This document shows positions 35,935 through 45,863 of a DNA stretch of 64,000 bases, in pieces; the stretch's first letter is position 1, and every line of letters starts with the position of its first letter. The stretch is taken from positions 4,032,001 to 4,096,000 of the forward strand of contig OZ252098.1 of assembly GCA_965248355.1 (NCBI GenBank), written 5' to 3'. The notes under the pieces were generated by a model. The model was not told the origin of the DNA and made no database searches. It saw only the letters and a program-made list of their open reading frames with translations. Both the position numbers and the translations under genes were made by a program. This DNA is from Candidatus Latescibacterota bacterium. Lineage in GTDB: Bacteria; Latescibacterota; UBA2968; UBA8231.

Positions 35935-38900
35935 ATGCAGCGCAGGAACTATGCAGCCCTTTTGGCCGCGCTGGTGATCGGCTTCGGGGCTATCCAAGCC
36001 AACGCCGCGGAGGTGCTCAGCGTCACCATCGACGCGCCCGCGGATTCCGGCACGGTCCTCGGCATCGGCGGCGAGTTCACGGTGACAGCCGTGGTCGAGG
36101 ACTACACGGCCGAGGGCAACGACGGCGTGATCATCGCCCTGGTCACCGGCAACGACGTCGTGGCTGACAGCACTACGGGTGGCGGCAAGGATGGGGGCGT
36201 TCGTGTGGGGCCCGCTGATCCAGATACCGCAGCCATCAATACTGGCTTGGCCGGCCTGGGCCTGGGGCAGCAGGGCAGCCTTGGCATCGTCGCCGTCCGC
36301 ATCCAGAGGCAGTACGGGAACACAGACTCGAGCCGGTTCATCGGCGGCGACGCCACGTCCGTCGGCGTTGACCCGAACGCGGCGCAGGTTACCTACATCT
36401 GGAGGAGCAAGGTCCACGTCTCCAGCACGGAGGCGACGGAGATCCGGGCTGTAGCGGTGGCCGTGGATAACGGCGGTGTTACGGCTGCTGATGCGAACAA
36501 CCCCAACGGCAAGATCTCCTCGGATGGCGTGGGGCAGGTGCAGTTCGACATCGACGCCGAGCGGCCCGTTCGGCCGGCAGGGCTGATCAACGTCGAGACC
36601 AAGGGCGATCTGGTCACGGCCGTGTTGGACGCCGGAGGCACTGCGGCCACGGTCGACGTGGCCGGCATCGGGGATGTCCTGCAGTTTGACATCGCCGTGG
36701 GTCCCGGCAACATGCGCCTGCTCACTAGGTTAAACCACACGGTCGTCCTCGCGCTCAAGGACCACAACGGCAAGGAGCTCAAGTCCTACCCCGTCTCCCT
36801 GGAGGGGGCCAGGGCCGATACCCTCGCCTTCCGGCAGGCGATCGCCGAGGGCGATTTCGGCGACCTGGTCGGGAGCGCCAATGCCACGGCGCCGCAAATC
36901 GGCGGGAATGACGCGAGGAATTCGGCCACTGCCTACATCGTCGACCCGATAGGCAACCGCAGCAAGGCAGCAGCCGGGGACGACTGGATGAGTCCTAACG
37001 ACCAGGTAGGGGGTGCGAATGCCGCTATTCCCCACCTGCTCGACGCCAAGAAGCCGGTCATCGACGGCGTCAGCGGCAAGGACTTCGTTGCTACCGGCGG
37101 TGACACCTTGGAGATCGCCAGCCCCGACACCATCACCGACGGCACCCTCAATGATCCCCCCTTCTCGGACGACCTGAACCCGATAAACTACAAGTTGCAC
37201 GAGAAGCTCAGCGCCCTGGACATCGACATCGGGGGCCAGGTGCTGAAGATCACGAACCGAGAGATGGTAACATCAACCGGTGACACTGTGATCACCGACG
37301 CTGACGATGCGCTGAACCTAAATGACAGGGTTCGCGTCATCTTTTCCGTCGGTGACGACCACAAGGTCACATCGCTCGAAACTCAGAACCTGAGCGGCAC
37401 TTCTGGCCCTCGGGATCAGAGCGCCAACCTCCGCCCGGCCGCCCTCCCGGACGGCGAGCTCAAGACGGGCGTCCACACGATCAAAGTCACGGGCACCGAC
37501 TACGCCGGCAACGTGGGTCCGGCCGCCGAGCGCGCCGACGTCTATGTCGACGTCGACGACCTCGCCTTCAACGGCCTCTTCCCCACGGAGGCCGACATCT
37601 CCACGATCGAGGAGACGAGCACGTCGGACGTCAGGTTTGCCCTTAGCGAGCACGCCGACAGCGTCCTCATCTCCTACACCTACGTCAGTGGGAAGGACAG
37701 GCCCGGTGACAAGACCAGGGCCCTCGTCGGCGGCGAGCTGCTGGACCTGGAGGAGCAGGTCATCCCTGCCAGCGAGTTCATCAACGCCGCCAGGGAAGAC
37801 ACGGGTCTGGTTGACGACTCCAAGTATCAGTTGACTTTGCTCGGGGCCGACCTGGCCGGAAACTTCAGCCTCACCGATGCCGGAGCGATGACCTACGACA
37901 CCAACTACGTGGTGCCGCAGATCACCTACTTCAGCGTCTCCTCGAGCCCGCTCGGAGGGACGTGCGCGCCAGGCAAGTGCGCGGAAGCGCCAGAGGGCGG
38001 TGCGATCGTGGCCCTCGCGGACCCCAACGTCACCCTCACGATCAACGCCTGGAACAAGGAGAATGTGGCCGCCCTCGCCTACGGCAAGGTGGACGACTAC
38101 AACAACGACGCGACTGTCACGGTCGCCGGTGGTTCGGGTGAGGGATTGGCACTGTCCGGCAAGGGCGTGCTCACCGGGGGCTTGCCTGTGGGCACGGCCC
38201 GCCTCACCAAGGATGCCTGGGGCGTCGGCGTAGCCGAAGTCAAGGTGACCGCCCAGAAGGCGCCGGAGACTTACACCGTTACCGTGCATGACAGCAGTGA
38301 CGCGGACAGCCCGCACGTGGGCATGCTGGACTCCGTGCTCGTCATCAAGCACGCTGCCTACAACAAGATGGAGATCACTGTCTCCGACACCATTGATCTC
38401 GGCGCCCAGTTCCAGGTCGCCTTGAGATACGTCGACGAGTTCGGCAACACCGTGCTGGATCAGGACAACTACGTCGAGGTCAGCACCCCGATCCTCGGAG
38501 TCGAGTTGCCCCAGAACGCTCTGCCGATCACCAAGGGCACCGGCAGTTTCTTTGTCCGCAGCAACGCCTTGGGCGAGTTGGCCCTGACGGTTCGGGATAT
38601 CGGTGGCGGCAAGGCCGTCAGCAAGTCGGTGACTGTCGTCGGGGAGACGCCTGACGACGGTGATGGCGACGGTGACGGTGGGGAACCACCCATGGCGGGT
38701 CCCGCCGCTCCTGCCGAGTTGGTCGGCGAGGACTACAAGGGCGCTCTCGGCGAGGGCGATCAGGGCGGCTTCGTCATGCTCAGCTTCCCCTCCTCCGCTG
38801 ACCATTCCACCCTGGACCGATATCGCATCTGGCGTCAGATCCAGGTCACCAGGGAACTGGACGCGGACGGCAATCTCGTCGAGTTGTCCGAGCCGAAGAT

Positions 38901-40677
38901 GGACGATGTGTCCTGGGGCACGATCGACGCGATTCCCGGCGAGAGCCTGATGCGCGTCGTGGTCGCCACCCTCGACGGGGACGCCACTCACTACGGCGTC
39001 TCCTCGGAGCGGCACGGATTCGCCAGTGATCCTACAGGCACCGCTGGTGACGACGTGGACATGGGCGGTGAGGACACCATGACCGACACCAGCATGACCG
39101 ACACCAGCATGACCGACACCACCGGGCAGGGCAAGCGGGCCTTCACCGTCATGCGGTCCGTCTCCGTGCCTTACGAGTTGATGGCCGAGACCATGGTCAG
39201 GAGCAGGGAGGCGGCCGTCCGGGGTGACTTGGACGGACCGGTATTCGCCACGCTGACCCCGGAGGCCCTGGCCTTCCACGAGCGCGGCCTGCTCCCGAGC
39301 TTCAAGTCGTCCACGGAGAACGAGTTGCGCGAGCACATCACGCGCACCGAGGAGGCCGTGCGCGCCATCGACGACCTCGCCCCGGCGCCCGTTACCTGGG
39401 TGCGCGCCCTGGATACCCCGGCGGACGCTGGTGCCAGCATCACCATCGAGTGGACACGGTCGATCGATGACCGCCTGATGACCTCGATGGTGCCGCAGGC
39501 ACTCGGTGACGGCGGCAACGTCTACATCTCCGCCGGCGTGGAGGGTTACAACATCTCCCGCCGCACCGGTGACGGTCCCTGGCAGCCCATCGACGTCGCT
39601 CCGGCCGGTTCGTCTTCCTACGAGGATGTCACCGCCCAGAACGGCGTGCGGTATTCCTACAAGGTCGAGCCCACGGATCTCGACAACACCACCACCTCGG
39701 AGATTGAGCAGTCGGCCATGGCCATCCGCAACACCGTCGTCGACAGCGACGGCAACCGGATCGTCGGGCTCTTCGGCGCGGACAGCCGCGTCGACTTCGA
39801 CGACTTCTTCATCTTCGCCGACCACTTCGGTCTGACCTCCGAGAGCGATATTTACGAGGCCGCTTTCGACATCATTCCGAACGACGTCATCGACGTCGAC
39901 GACTTCTTCGCCTTCGCCGAGAGCTTCGGCAAGGAGGTCGCCGGCATCGGCAAGGTGGTCCCGACCATGGCCGGTCTGAACAGCGAGGCCCGCTTCTACA
40001 TCGACAACGCGGCGGCCGAGCCGCCGCGCGTCGGCGAGGAGCTGACCCTGCTGGTCAGCCTGGAGGACTTCGTCGAGGTCCGGGGTTACGGCTTCACGGT
40101 CAACTACGATCACAGGTATCTCGAGTTCGTCGAGCCGCGCTTCGAGAGCAGTCCGCTCGGTGAGGCGGCTCTGGCCCAGCCGCAGGTGGTCTCCAACGGC
40201 GACGGCGAGTTGCACATCGCCGCCCTCGGCGAGACCGTCAGCGAGGGCGACCTGGGTGTGACCCTCGTTTTCCGGCCCTTGGAGGAGATCGAGGAGAGCT
40301 TGGTCGAGATCATGGCCGGTGGCATCCAGGACGGCAGCTACGGGTTGAACCGGATCACCGATCCGGTCTCGGTTCGGATCGAGACGCGTCCCGAGGTCTA
40401 TGCCCTCGAGAACAACTATCCGAACCCCTTCAACCCGGAGACCACGCTCAAGTACGAGCTGCCGGACGCCAACGATGTCACGCTCGAGGTCTTCAACATG
40501 CTCGGCCAGGTCGTGCGGACGCTCGTCGACCGCGAGTTCCAGAACGCTGGCCGCTACACCTATCAGTGGGATGCCACCAACGACGGCGGGCAGCCGTTGT
40601 CCTCCGGAATCTACTTCTACCGCGTCACCGCGGGCGGAGAGTTCCAGAGCCACAAGAAGATGCTGCTCCTGAAGTAA
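35935..40677 (+). CDS. Large acidic secreted protein: Ig-like repeats, dockerin-like pair, cohesin-like domain, FlgD-Ig/T9SS type A-like CTD
   Basis: Signal peptide; DSRVDFDDFFIFADHFG and NDVIDVDDFFAFAESFG; VRGYGFTVNYD; NYPNPFNPET..SSGIYFYR..KKMLLLK; GAGGAGG RBS. Confidence 0.85.
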   Translation: MQRRNYAALLAALVIGFGAIQANAAEVLSVTIDAPADSGTVLGIGGEFTVTAVVEDYTAEGNDGVIIALVTGNDVVADSTTGGGKDGGVRVGPADPDTAAINTGLAGLGLGQQGSLGIVAVRIQRQYGNTDSSRFIGGDATSVGVDPNAAQVTYIWRSKVHVSSTEATEIRAVAVAVDNGGVTAADANNPNGKISSDGVGQVQFDIDAERPVRPAGLINVETKGDLVTAVLDAGGTAATVDVAGIGDVLQFDIAVGPGNMRLLTRLNHTVVLALKDHNGKELKSYPVSLEGARADTLAFRQAIAEGDFGDLVGSANATAPQIGGNDARNSATAYIVDPIGNRSKAAAGDDWMSPNDQVGGANAAIPHLLDAKKPVIDGVSGKDFVATGGDTLEIASPDTITDGTLNDPPFSDDLNPINYKLHEKLSALDIDIGGQVLKITNREMVTSTGDTVITDADDALNLNDRVRVIFSVGDDHKVTSLETQNLSGTSGPRDQSANLRPAALPDGELKTGVHTIKVTGTDYAGNVGPAAERADVYVDVDDLAFNGLFPTEADISTIEETSTSDVRFALSEHADSVLISYTYVSGKDRPGDKTRALVGGELLDLEEQVIPASEFINAAREDTGLVDDSKYQLTLLGADLAGNFSLTDAGAMTYDTNYVVPQITYFSVSSSPLGGTCAPGKCAEAPEGGAIVALADPNVTLTINAWNKENVAALAYGKVDDYNNDATVTVAGGSGEGLALSGKGVLTGGLPVGTARLTKDAWGVGVAEVKVTAQKAPETYTVTVHDSSDADSPHVGMLDSVLVIKHAAYNKMEITVSDTIDLGAQFQVALRYVDEFGNTVLDQDNYVEVSTPILGVELPQNALPITKGTGSFFVRSNALGELALTVRDIGGGKAVSKSVTVVGETPDDGDGDGDGGEPPMAGPAAPAELVGEDYKGALGEGDQGGFVMLSFPSSADHSTLDRYRIWRQIQVTRELDADGNLVELSEPKMDDVSWGTIDAIPGESLMRVVVATLDGDATHYGVSSERHGFASDPTGTAGDDVDMGGEDTMTDTSMTDTSMTDTTGQGKRAFTVMRSVSVPYELMAETMVRSREAAVRGDLDGPVFATLTPEALAFHERGLLPSFKSSTENELREHITRTEEAVRAIDDLAPAPVTWVRALDTPADAGASITIEWTRSIDDRLMTSMVPQALGDGGNVYISAGVEGYNISRRTGDGPWQPIDVAPAGSSSYEDVTAQNGVRYSYKVEPTDLDNTTTSEIEQSAMAIRNTVVDSDGNRIVGLFGADSRVDFDDFFIFADHFGLTSESDIYEAAFDIIPNDVIDVDDFFAFAESFGKEVAGIGKVVPTMAGLNSEARFYIDNAAAEPPRVGEELTLLVSLEDFVEVRGYGFTVNYDHRYLEFVEPRFESSPLGEAALAQPQVVSNGDGELHIAALGETVSEGDLGVTLVFRPLEEIEESLVEIMAGGIQDGSYGLNRITDPVSVRIETRPEVYALENNYPNPFNPETTLKYELPDANDVTLEVFNMLGQVVRTLVDREFQNAGRYTYQWDATNDGGQPLSSGIYFYRVTAGGEFQSHKKMLLLK
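39078..39121 (+). repeat. 15-bp tandem repeat x3 encoding (MTDTS)n linker
   Basis: CATGACCGACACCAG repeated three times. Confidence 0.9.
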
Positions 40678-40707
40678 GGGGGGCAGGTTCACTTAGTAGG
40701 CAGTGTG

Positions 40708-40742
40708 AGATGGGATCCCGCCCCGTGCGGGGTCCCATCTTC
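40708..40742 (+). terminator. Stem-loop after the large secreted protein gene
   Basis: AGATGGGATCCCGC-CCCGT-GCGGGGTCCCATCT, weak U tail. Confidence 0.65.
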
Positions 40743-40789
40743 CACATCCACCCCGATTCCGCGGACTCCTAACCCACCCGAGCACTGCA

Positions 40790-42343
40790 ATGCTGATACC
40801 GCGCAGGGCAACACCGATCGCGCTGGCCCTCTTTCTCGCCCTGGCGGGCGGAGCCTTTGCCGGCGACAACCAGAACGCGACCTTCACCCTCGTCGGCGAT
40901 GCATCGGTGTCCGATGTCGGTACCGACGAGAGAGTGAGCTTGGAGGTTTCCGCGGGGGGCCTGGTGGGCGTGAAGAACCTGGAGGTCGTCCTCGAGGTCT
41001 CTGACGCCGCCCACTTCGACCTGGGTTCGGCCAGGCTGGCCCTGGGCGGAGCCTTCGAGGATGTCCAGACCCTTCAGCCCCCCTCGCAGATGGAGGAGGG
41101 GACCGACAACCAGATTCGCCTGGCCGCGGCCGTCCTTCCGCCCGACCAGGTCGACGGGGAGGCTTCCTTCACCCTCTCGGTGAAGACCTCCGAAGGCTTT
41201 ACCAGCGAGACTGAGGCCTCGGTGAGCGTGGCCTTGATCTCCATCGGACCCAGCCTCGACGACCGGGACGAGTTCGACGCGGAGACTCTCGGGTTGACCC
41301 TGGTGGTCAATCCGCCGCCGCCCCCGGTCACCGATCCCGCTTTGGCGGCCTCCACGGCCACCGACGTGAGCGCGGATTATTCGGCCGTCGATACCGGCGC
41401 TTCGGCGGACGGCAGCGACGGCGAGGTCACTCTCGGCGTCTCCTTCGCCGATGCCTCCGGGGCCGCCGCCGCCGGCCAGAGCATCACCTTTACCGTGAGC
41501 AACGCCGGGTCCGAGACCGTGCACGTCCTCGGTGAGGGCTCCGCTGCCGCCGGTGAGTCGCTCGAGGTGAGCGTCGACACCGACGGCTCGGGCGCTGCCT
41601 CCATCACCCTCGACGCCGAGGGTGACAAGTCCGCCGGCAGCACCAGCGTTTCCGTCTCGGCCGCTACCAGCGCCGACAACTCCGAAGGCACTTCGATGGC
41701 CCTGGGCGTTGACTTTGCCGTCACCTGGGACGTCCCCGTGCCCGCCGAGTTGGCCAGCTTCGCCGGCGAGATCGCCGGAGAGGAGGAGATCCTCCTGCGC
41801 TGGAGCGTCGCCTCCCAGACCAACAACCTCGGATGGGAGGTCTATCGCAGCGTCGACGGCGAGGTCTTCGAGCGCGTCGGCCCGCTGGTTGCCGGCGACG
41901 GCACCACCGACGAGTTCCGCACCTACGAGTTCGTCGACGTGGATCCGCCGGGCTCCGACGTCCTCTACTATTACTTGCGGCAGGTCGATCTGAACGGCGC
42001 CGTCACCCGCTCCCAGACAATCGAGATTCTCTTTGCTACGGGTCTTGGAGAACAGGTGATTCCCCTGGCCAGCGCCCTGCAACAGAATTATCCCAACCCC
42101 TTCAACCCTGGTACCACCATCCGCTTCGATCTCGCCGAGGGGTCCTTCGTGACCCTGCGTATCTACGATGGCCTCGGCCAGGTGGTGCGCACCCTCGCCG
42201 AGGCCGCCCTGCCTCCCGGCAGCTACAGCAAGCTCTGGGATGGCCGCGACACCCGCGGTGTCAGAGTCGGCAGCGGCGTCTACTACTACGAGTTGCGCGC
42301 CGGGCCCTTCAGCAGCATGAAGAAGATGACCCTCGTTCAGTAG
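40790..42343 (+). CDS. Secreted Ig-like protein with FlgD-Ig/T9SS type A-like CTD
   Basis: Signal peptide; PAELASF..LRWSVASQTNNLGWEVYRS module; QNYPNPFNPGT..SGVYYY..KKMTLVQ. Confidence 0.85.
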   Translation: MLIPRRATPIALALFLALAGGAFAGDNQNATFTLVGDASVSDVGTDERVSLEVSAGGLVGVKNLEVVLEVSDAAHFDLGSARLALGGAFEDVQTLQPPSQMEEGTDNQIRLAAAVLPPDQVDGEASFTLSVKTSEGFTSETEASVSVALISIGPSLDDRDEFDAETLGLTLVVNPPPPPVTDPALAASTATDVSADYSAVDTGASADGSDGEVTLGVSFADASGAAAAGQSITFTVSNAGSETVHVLGEGSAAAGESLEVSVDTDGSGAASITLDAEGDKSAGSTSVSVSAATSADNSEGTSMALGVDFAVTWDVPVPAELASFAGEIAGEEEILLRWSVASQTNNLGWEVYRSVDGEVFERVGPLVAGDGTTDEFRTYEFVDVDPPGSDVLYYYLRQVDLNGAVTRSQTIEILFATGLGEQVIPLASALQQNYPNPFNPGTTIRFDLAEGSFVTLRIYDGLGQVVRTLAEAALPPGSYSKLWDGRDTRGVRVGSGVYYYELRAGPFSSMKKMTLVQ

Positions 42344-42387
42344 AGGGATTCCATTCCCGGGTCGATCGATGATCCCGGGGCACCTTG

Positions 42388-42430
42388 AGGCCGCCGGAGC
42401 CCGCCGGGATCCGGCGGCCTTGTCTTTTTC
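42388..42430 (+). terminator. Rho-independent terminator
   Basis: AGGCCGCCGGA..TCCGGCGGCCT followed by TGTCTTTTT. Confidence 0.75.
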
Positions 42431-42489
42431 GGCCGGAGCCCTTTCCGAGTTGCCGCCCTTCGGGCCCTCCGTATATTGGAAGTTGCCCA

Positions 42490-43176
42490 ATGGCTCGACT
42501 GAAGGTCCTGTTCTTCGCCTCCTGCCGTGAGGCCGCCGGCCGCCGGGAAGCCGACCTCGAGCTGGAGGGCCCGCTCACCGTGGCCGGGCTGCTCGAAACC
42601 CTCTGTCGTGACCACCCTTCCCTCGGACCGCTTTCCGGCATTCTCCAGGTCGCCGTGAACGCCGAGTACGCGTCCCGCGACGCTCCTCTCCGCGACGGTG
42701 ACGAGATCGCCCTCATCCCTCCGGTCAGCGGTGGATCCGGCGATGTCTTCCGCATCGTCAGCGGGGCCATCGCCCTCGACGCCCTTCAGGATCTGGTGAG
42801 GACGCCCGAGGACGGGGCGGTCGTGACCTTCTCCGGCACGGTCCGGGGCCGCACGGGGGACCGGGAGACCTCCTACCTCGAGTACGAGGCCTACCCGGAG
42901 ATGGCCGAGGGCGTCATGGCCCGCCTGGCCGCCGAGGCGAGGCAGCGCTGGCCGGTGGGCCGGGTCGGCATCCTGCACCGCGTGGGGCGTCTGGAGGTCG
43001 GGGAGATTTCCATACTCGTCAGTGTCGCCGCGGGACATCGCCGGGAGGCCTTCGAGGCCTGCCACCACCTGGTCGACCGTCTCAAGGAGGTGGTCCCCAT
43101 CTGGAAGAAGGAGGTCGGTCCCGGCGGAGAGTACTGGGTCGAGGGACCCGCCGCCGGGAAAGCGCCGGCCGGATGA
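42490..43176 (+). CDS. Fused molybdopterin synthase MoaD-MoaE (MoaX-like)
   Basis: MoaD (VLFFA..AVNAEY..IPPVSGG) continues in frame into MoaE (GAVVTFSGTVR, LEYEAY, HRVGRL, PIWKKE). Confidence 0.9.
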   Translation: MARLKVLFFASCREAAGRREADLELEGPLTVAGLLETLCRDHPSLGPLSGILQVAVNAEYASRDAPLRDGDEIALIPPVSGGSGDVFRIVSGAIALDALQDLVRTPEDGAVVTFSGTVRGRTGDRETSYLEYEAYPEMAEGVMARLAAEARQRWPVGRVGILHRVGRLEVGEISILVSVAAGHRREAFEACHHLVDRLKEVVPIWKKEVGPGGEYWVEGPAAGKAPAG

Positions 43177-43610
43177 TCCACAACTTCGGCTGGATCCTCC
43201 CCGTCCGGCTGGCCGGTTTCGGGCTCTCGGGAGAGCTGACCGAGGCCAATGTTCGCACCCTGGAGCGCGCCGGCGTGGGGGCCCTCGTAACCCTTACGGA
43301 GCAGGCCGTGTGCCCGGAGCCGCCGGGTCTGCGCTATCTCCACCTGCCGGTGCCGGACATGACCGTTCCCCGGCCGGAGCAGGTGGATCGCTTTCTGGAG
43401 TTCGTCGCCGCTGCGGAGAGCGCCGGGCTGGCTTCCGCAGTCCATTGCCGCGCCGGTCTGGGGCGTACGGGCACTATGCTCGCGTGCTACCTCGTGTCGC
43501 GGGGAGAGGCCCCCGAGGACGCTCTCGAGCAGGTCCGCCGCCACCGGCCCGGGTCGGTGGAGACCGCCGGCCAGGAGGAGGCCGTGCGCGCCTTCGCCCG
43601 GCGGGCCTGA
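43173..43610 (+). CDS. Dual-specificity protein phosphatase
   Basis: HCRAGLGRTG (CX5R), RPGSVET. Confidence 0.9.
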   Translation: MIHNFGWILPVRLAGFGLSGELTEANVRTLERAGVGALVTLTEQAVCPEPPGLRYLHLPVPDMTVPRPEQVDRFLEFVAAAESAGLASAVHCRAGLGRTGTMLACYLVSRGEAPEDALEQVRRHRPGSVETAGQEEAVRAFARRA

Positions 43611-43695
43611 GGCCCGCCGAATCGAGCCGGCTGCGAGGGCGCTCTCCCGCGCCCGGCGGCCTCAGCTCATCCATCGGGAGGGGAGGTCTTCTTGC

Positions 43696-43887
43696 ATGGA
43701 TACTGGATTCCCTGTCTGCCTGAAGTGCGAGCAGGGCGTGCTGGTCCCGCTGTCGGACTACGGCCGCGAGGGCGCGTCCATCCACTACAAGGCATGGGTC
43801 TGCACCAATCCCGAGTGCGGATACAACCTCCGGATCGACAACGGCGAGCTCAGCGTCGGCAAGGAGATCCGCGAATCCTGGAAATAG
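43696..43887 (+). CDS. Small Zn-ribbon-like protein
   Basis: CLKC..CTNPEC; GGAGG RBS. Confidence 0.75.
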   Translation: MDTGFPVCLKCEQGVLVPLSDYGREGASIHYKAWVCTNPECGYNLRIDNGELSVGKEIRESWK

Positions 43888-43906
43888 CCCTTCCCCCGGC
43901 CTTCTG

Positions 43907-44833
43907 ATGCGGCGCTGGCTCTTCGCGGACTGGGGGCTCAAATTCGGCGCCCTCCTCCTCGGGGGTGGTCTGTGGTTCCACGCCGTCACCGAGCACTCCT
44001 TCCACCGGGAGTTCGACATCCCCCTGGAGGTGGCCGATCCCGCCAACCTCACCGGCGGTTCCCCCCTTGTGCTGGCCAGCCCGCCGCCGGCAACGGTGCG
44101 GGTCCTGGTCCGAGGGGTCGGCAAGGATCTGCTGCGCACGTCCGGCTCCGATTTCGTCATGGGCGTCGAGCCCCGGTCCCGGGAGCCGCGCACCCTCGCC
44201 ATTCGCCTGAGACCCGGGCAGGTGGGCGCCCATCCGGAGTACGAGGTCACCGTCGAGCAGGTGGTGGAGCCCCGGGAGCTGAGCCTCCGGGTCGACCGCC
44301 GGGCCGAGCGCAGCGTGCCGGTCCGCCCCAGGATCGGCCTTCGGCTCGCCGATGCCTACACCCGGGTCGGCGGCGTTCGCGTCTCCCCGGACTCTGTGCG
44401 CATGGTCGGGCCCGCCGGCCAGGTGAGGTCCGTCGAGGCCATCTTGACCGACTCCCTCTTCGAGGAGGAGGTGCGGGCCGATGTGGACCGGAAGCTGGCG
44501 GTCCGGCCGCCGCCGGACACCATGATCCGCCTCCTCACCGAAGAGGTGAGGGTTACCGTCGACGTGCAGGAGCTGGCCGAGTACGAGATCCCCGAGGTGC
44601 CCGTCCTCGTTCGCGGCGGCCCTCCAGGCGCCGTGGCCAGGCCGGCGCGGGTCACCGTTCGAGTTCGCGGCGGGGCCGATCTCATCGGCGCCCTGGACCC
44701 GGAGAGCGATCTCGGCTTGTTCGTCGAGTACGCCGGACCGGAGGCCGGCCAGCGGGAGATCGCGGCCCCCGGGGACCGCCTCTACGAGGTCCGCCAGATC
44801 ACCCCTTCCGACGCCGAAATCCTCCTTCGCTGA
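43907..44833 (+). CDS. YbbR/CdaR-like membrane-anchored protein
   Basis: DWGLKFGALLLGGGLWF anchor; repeated PxxVxVxG domains. Confidence 0.8.
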   Translation: MRRWLFADWGLKFGALLLGGGLWFHAVTEHSFHREFDIPLEVADPANLTGGSPLVLASPPPATVRVLVRGVGKDLLRTSGSDFVMGVEPRSREPRTLAIRLRPGQVGAHPEYEVTVEQVVEPRELSLRVDRRAERSVPVRPRIGLRLADAYTRVGGVRVSPDSVRMVGPAGQVRSVEAILTDSLFEEEVRADVDRKLAVRPPPDTMIRLLTEEVRVTVDVQELAEYEIPEVPVLVRGGPPGAVARPARVTVRVRGGADLIGALDPESDLGLFVEYAGPEAGQREIAAPGDRLYEVRQITPSDAEILLR

Positions 44834-44837
44834 GCGG

Positions 44838-45863
44838 GTGACGGTTCTCGGCCTCGAGACCTCCTGCGACGAGACCTCCGCCGCCGTTCTCGACGGCGGC
44901 CAGGTGCGCTCCAACGTCGTTCTCTCCCAGCAGGACCACGCCGCCTATGGAGGGGTGGTCCCGGAGCTTGCCTCCCGGGCCCACCTGCGCACCCTGGGGC
45001 CCGTCGTCGAGCAGGCCTTGCGGGAGGCGGGCGTTGATCTGGACGACGTCGAGGCCGTGGCCGTCACCTTCGGCCCGGGCCTGGTGGGTTCCCTGCTCGT
45101 GGGGGTCAACTTCGCCAAGGGCCTGGCCTGGTCCCGGCGCCTCGCCCTGATCGGCGTCCACCACCTGGAGGGCCACCTGTTCTCGGCCCGCCTTGGCGGC
45201 GATCCGGGGCTGGAGCCTCCCTTCGTGGCCCTCCTCGTCTCGGGGGGGCACACCGAGCTGATCCATGTCGAAGCCTACGGCGCCTATCGCTACCTCGGCC
45301 GCACCCTCGACGACGCGGCCGGAGAGGCCTTCGACAAGGTGGCTCGGCTCCTGGGCCTGCTCTCCTCCAGCTCCGCCGTTCACGGGGGCCGGGTCCTGGC
45401 CGAGGCCGCCGAAGGCGGTGACCCGGAGGCCGTGGACCTCCCCCGGCCCCGGCCCGGCCGGGAGGGCCTGCTCGACTTCAGCTTCAGCGGCCTCAAGACC
45501 GCGGTCCGGCGCCGGGTCGTGGCCGGCGCGGGCGCAGGCCCGAGGGTCGAGGACCTGGCGGCTTCCTTCCAGGAGGCCGTGGTGGACGTCCTCGTCGGCC
45601 GCGCCCGGGAGGCCGTGGAGAGGACCGCCGTGGAGCGGGTCGCCCTGGTGGGGGGAGTGGCCGCCAACCGCCGGCTGCGCGGGAGGCTCCGGGAGACCCT
45701 CGGCCGGCTCGGTGTCGCTCTCTTCGTCCCCGAGCCCGTGCTGTGCACGGACAACGCCGCCATGATCGCCGCCGCCGGCCGCTTCCGCCTCCTTCGCGGG
45801 GAGCGCAGCGACTGGCGGCTGGACGCGTGTCCCCGTCCCCCCCTGCCCGGACTGGTGCCGTGA
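44838..45863 (+). CDS. tsaD: tRNA N6-threonylcarbamoyltransferase
   Basis: LGLETSCDET, GGVVPELASRAH, HHLEGH, DDAAGEAFDK, SFSGLKT, CTDNAAMI. Confidence 0.97.
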   Translation: MTVLGLETSCDETSAAVLDGGQVRSNVVLSQQDHAAYGGVVPELASRAHLRTLGPVVEQALREAGVDLDDVEAVAVTFGPGLVGSLLVGVNFAKGLAWSRRLALIGVHHLEGHLFSARLGGDPGLEPPFVALLVSGGHTELIHVEAYGAYRYLGRTLDDAAGEAFDKVARLLGLLSSSSAVHGGRVLAEAAEGGDPEAVDLPRPRPGREGLLDFSFSGLKTAVRRRVVAGAGAGPRVEDLAASFQEAVVDVLVGRAREAVERTAVERVALVGGVAANRRLRGRLRETLGRLGVALFVPEPVLCTDNAAMIAAAGRFRLLRGERSDWRLDACPRPPLPGLVP

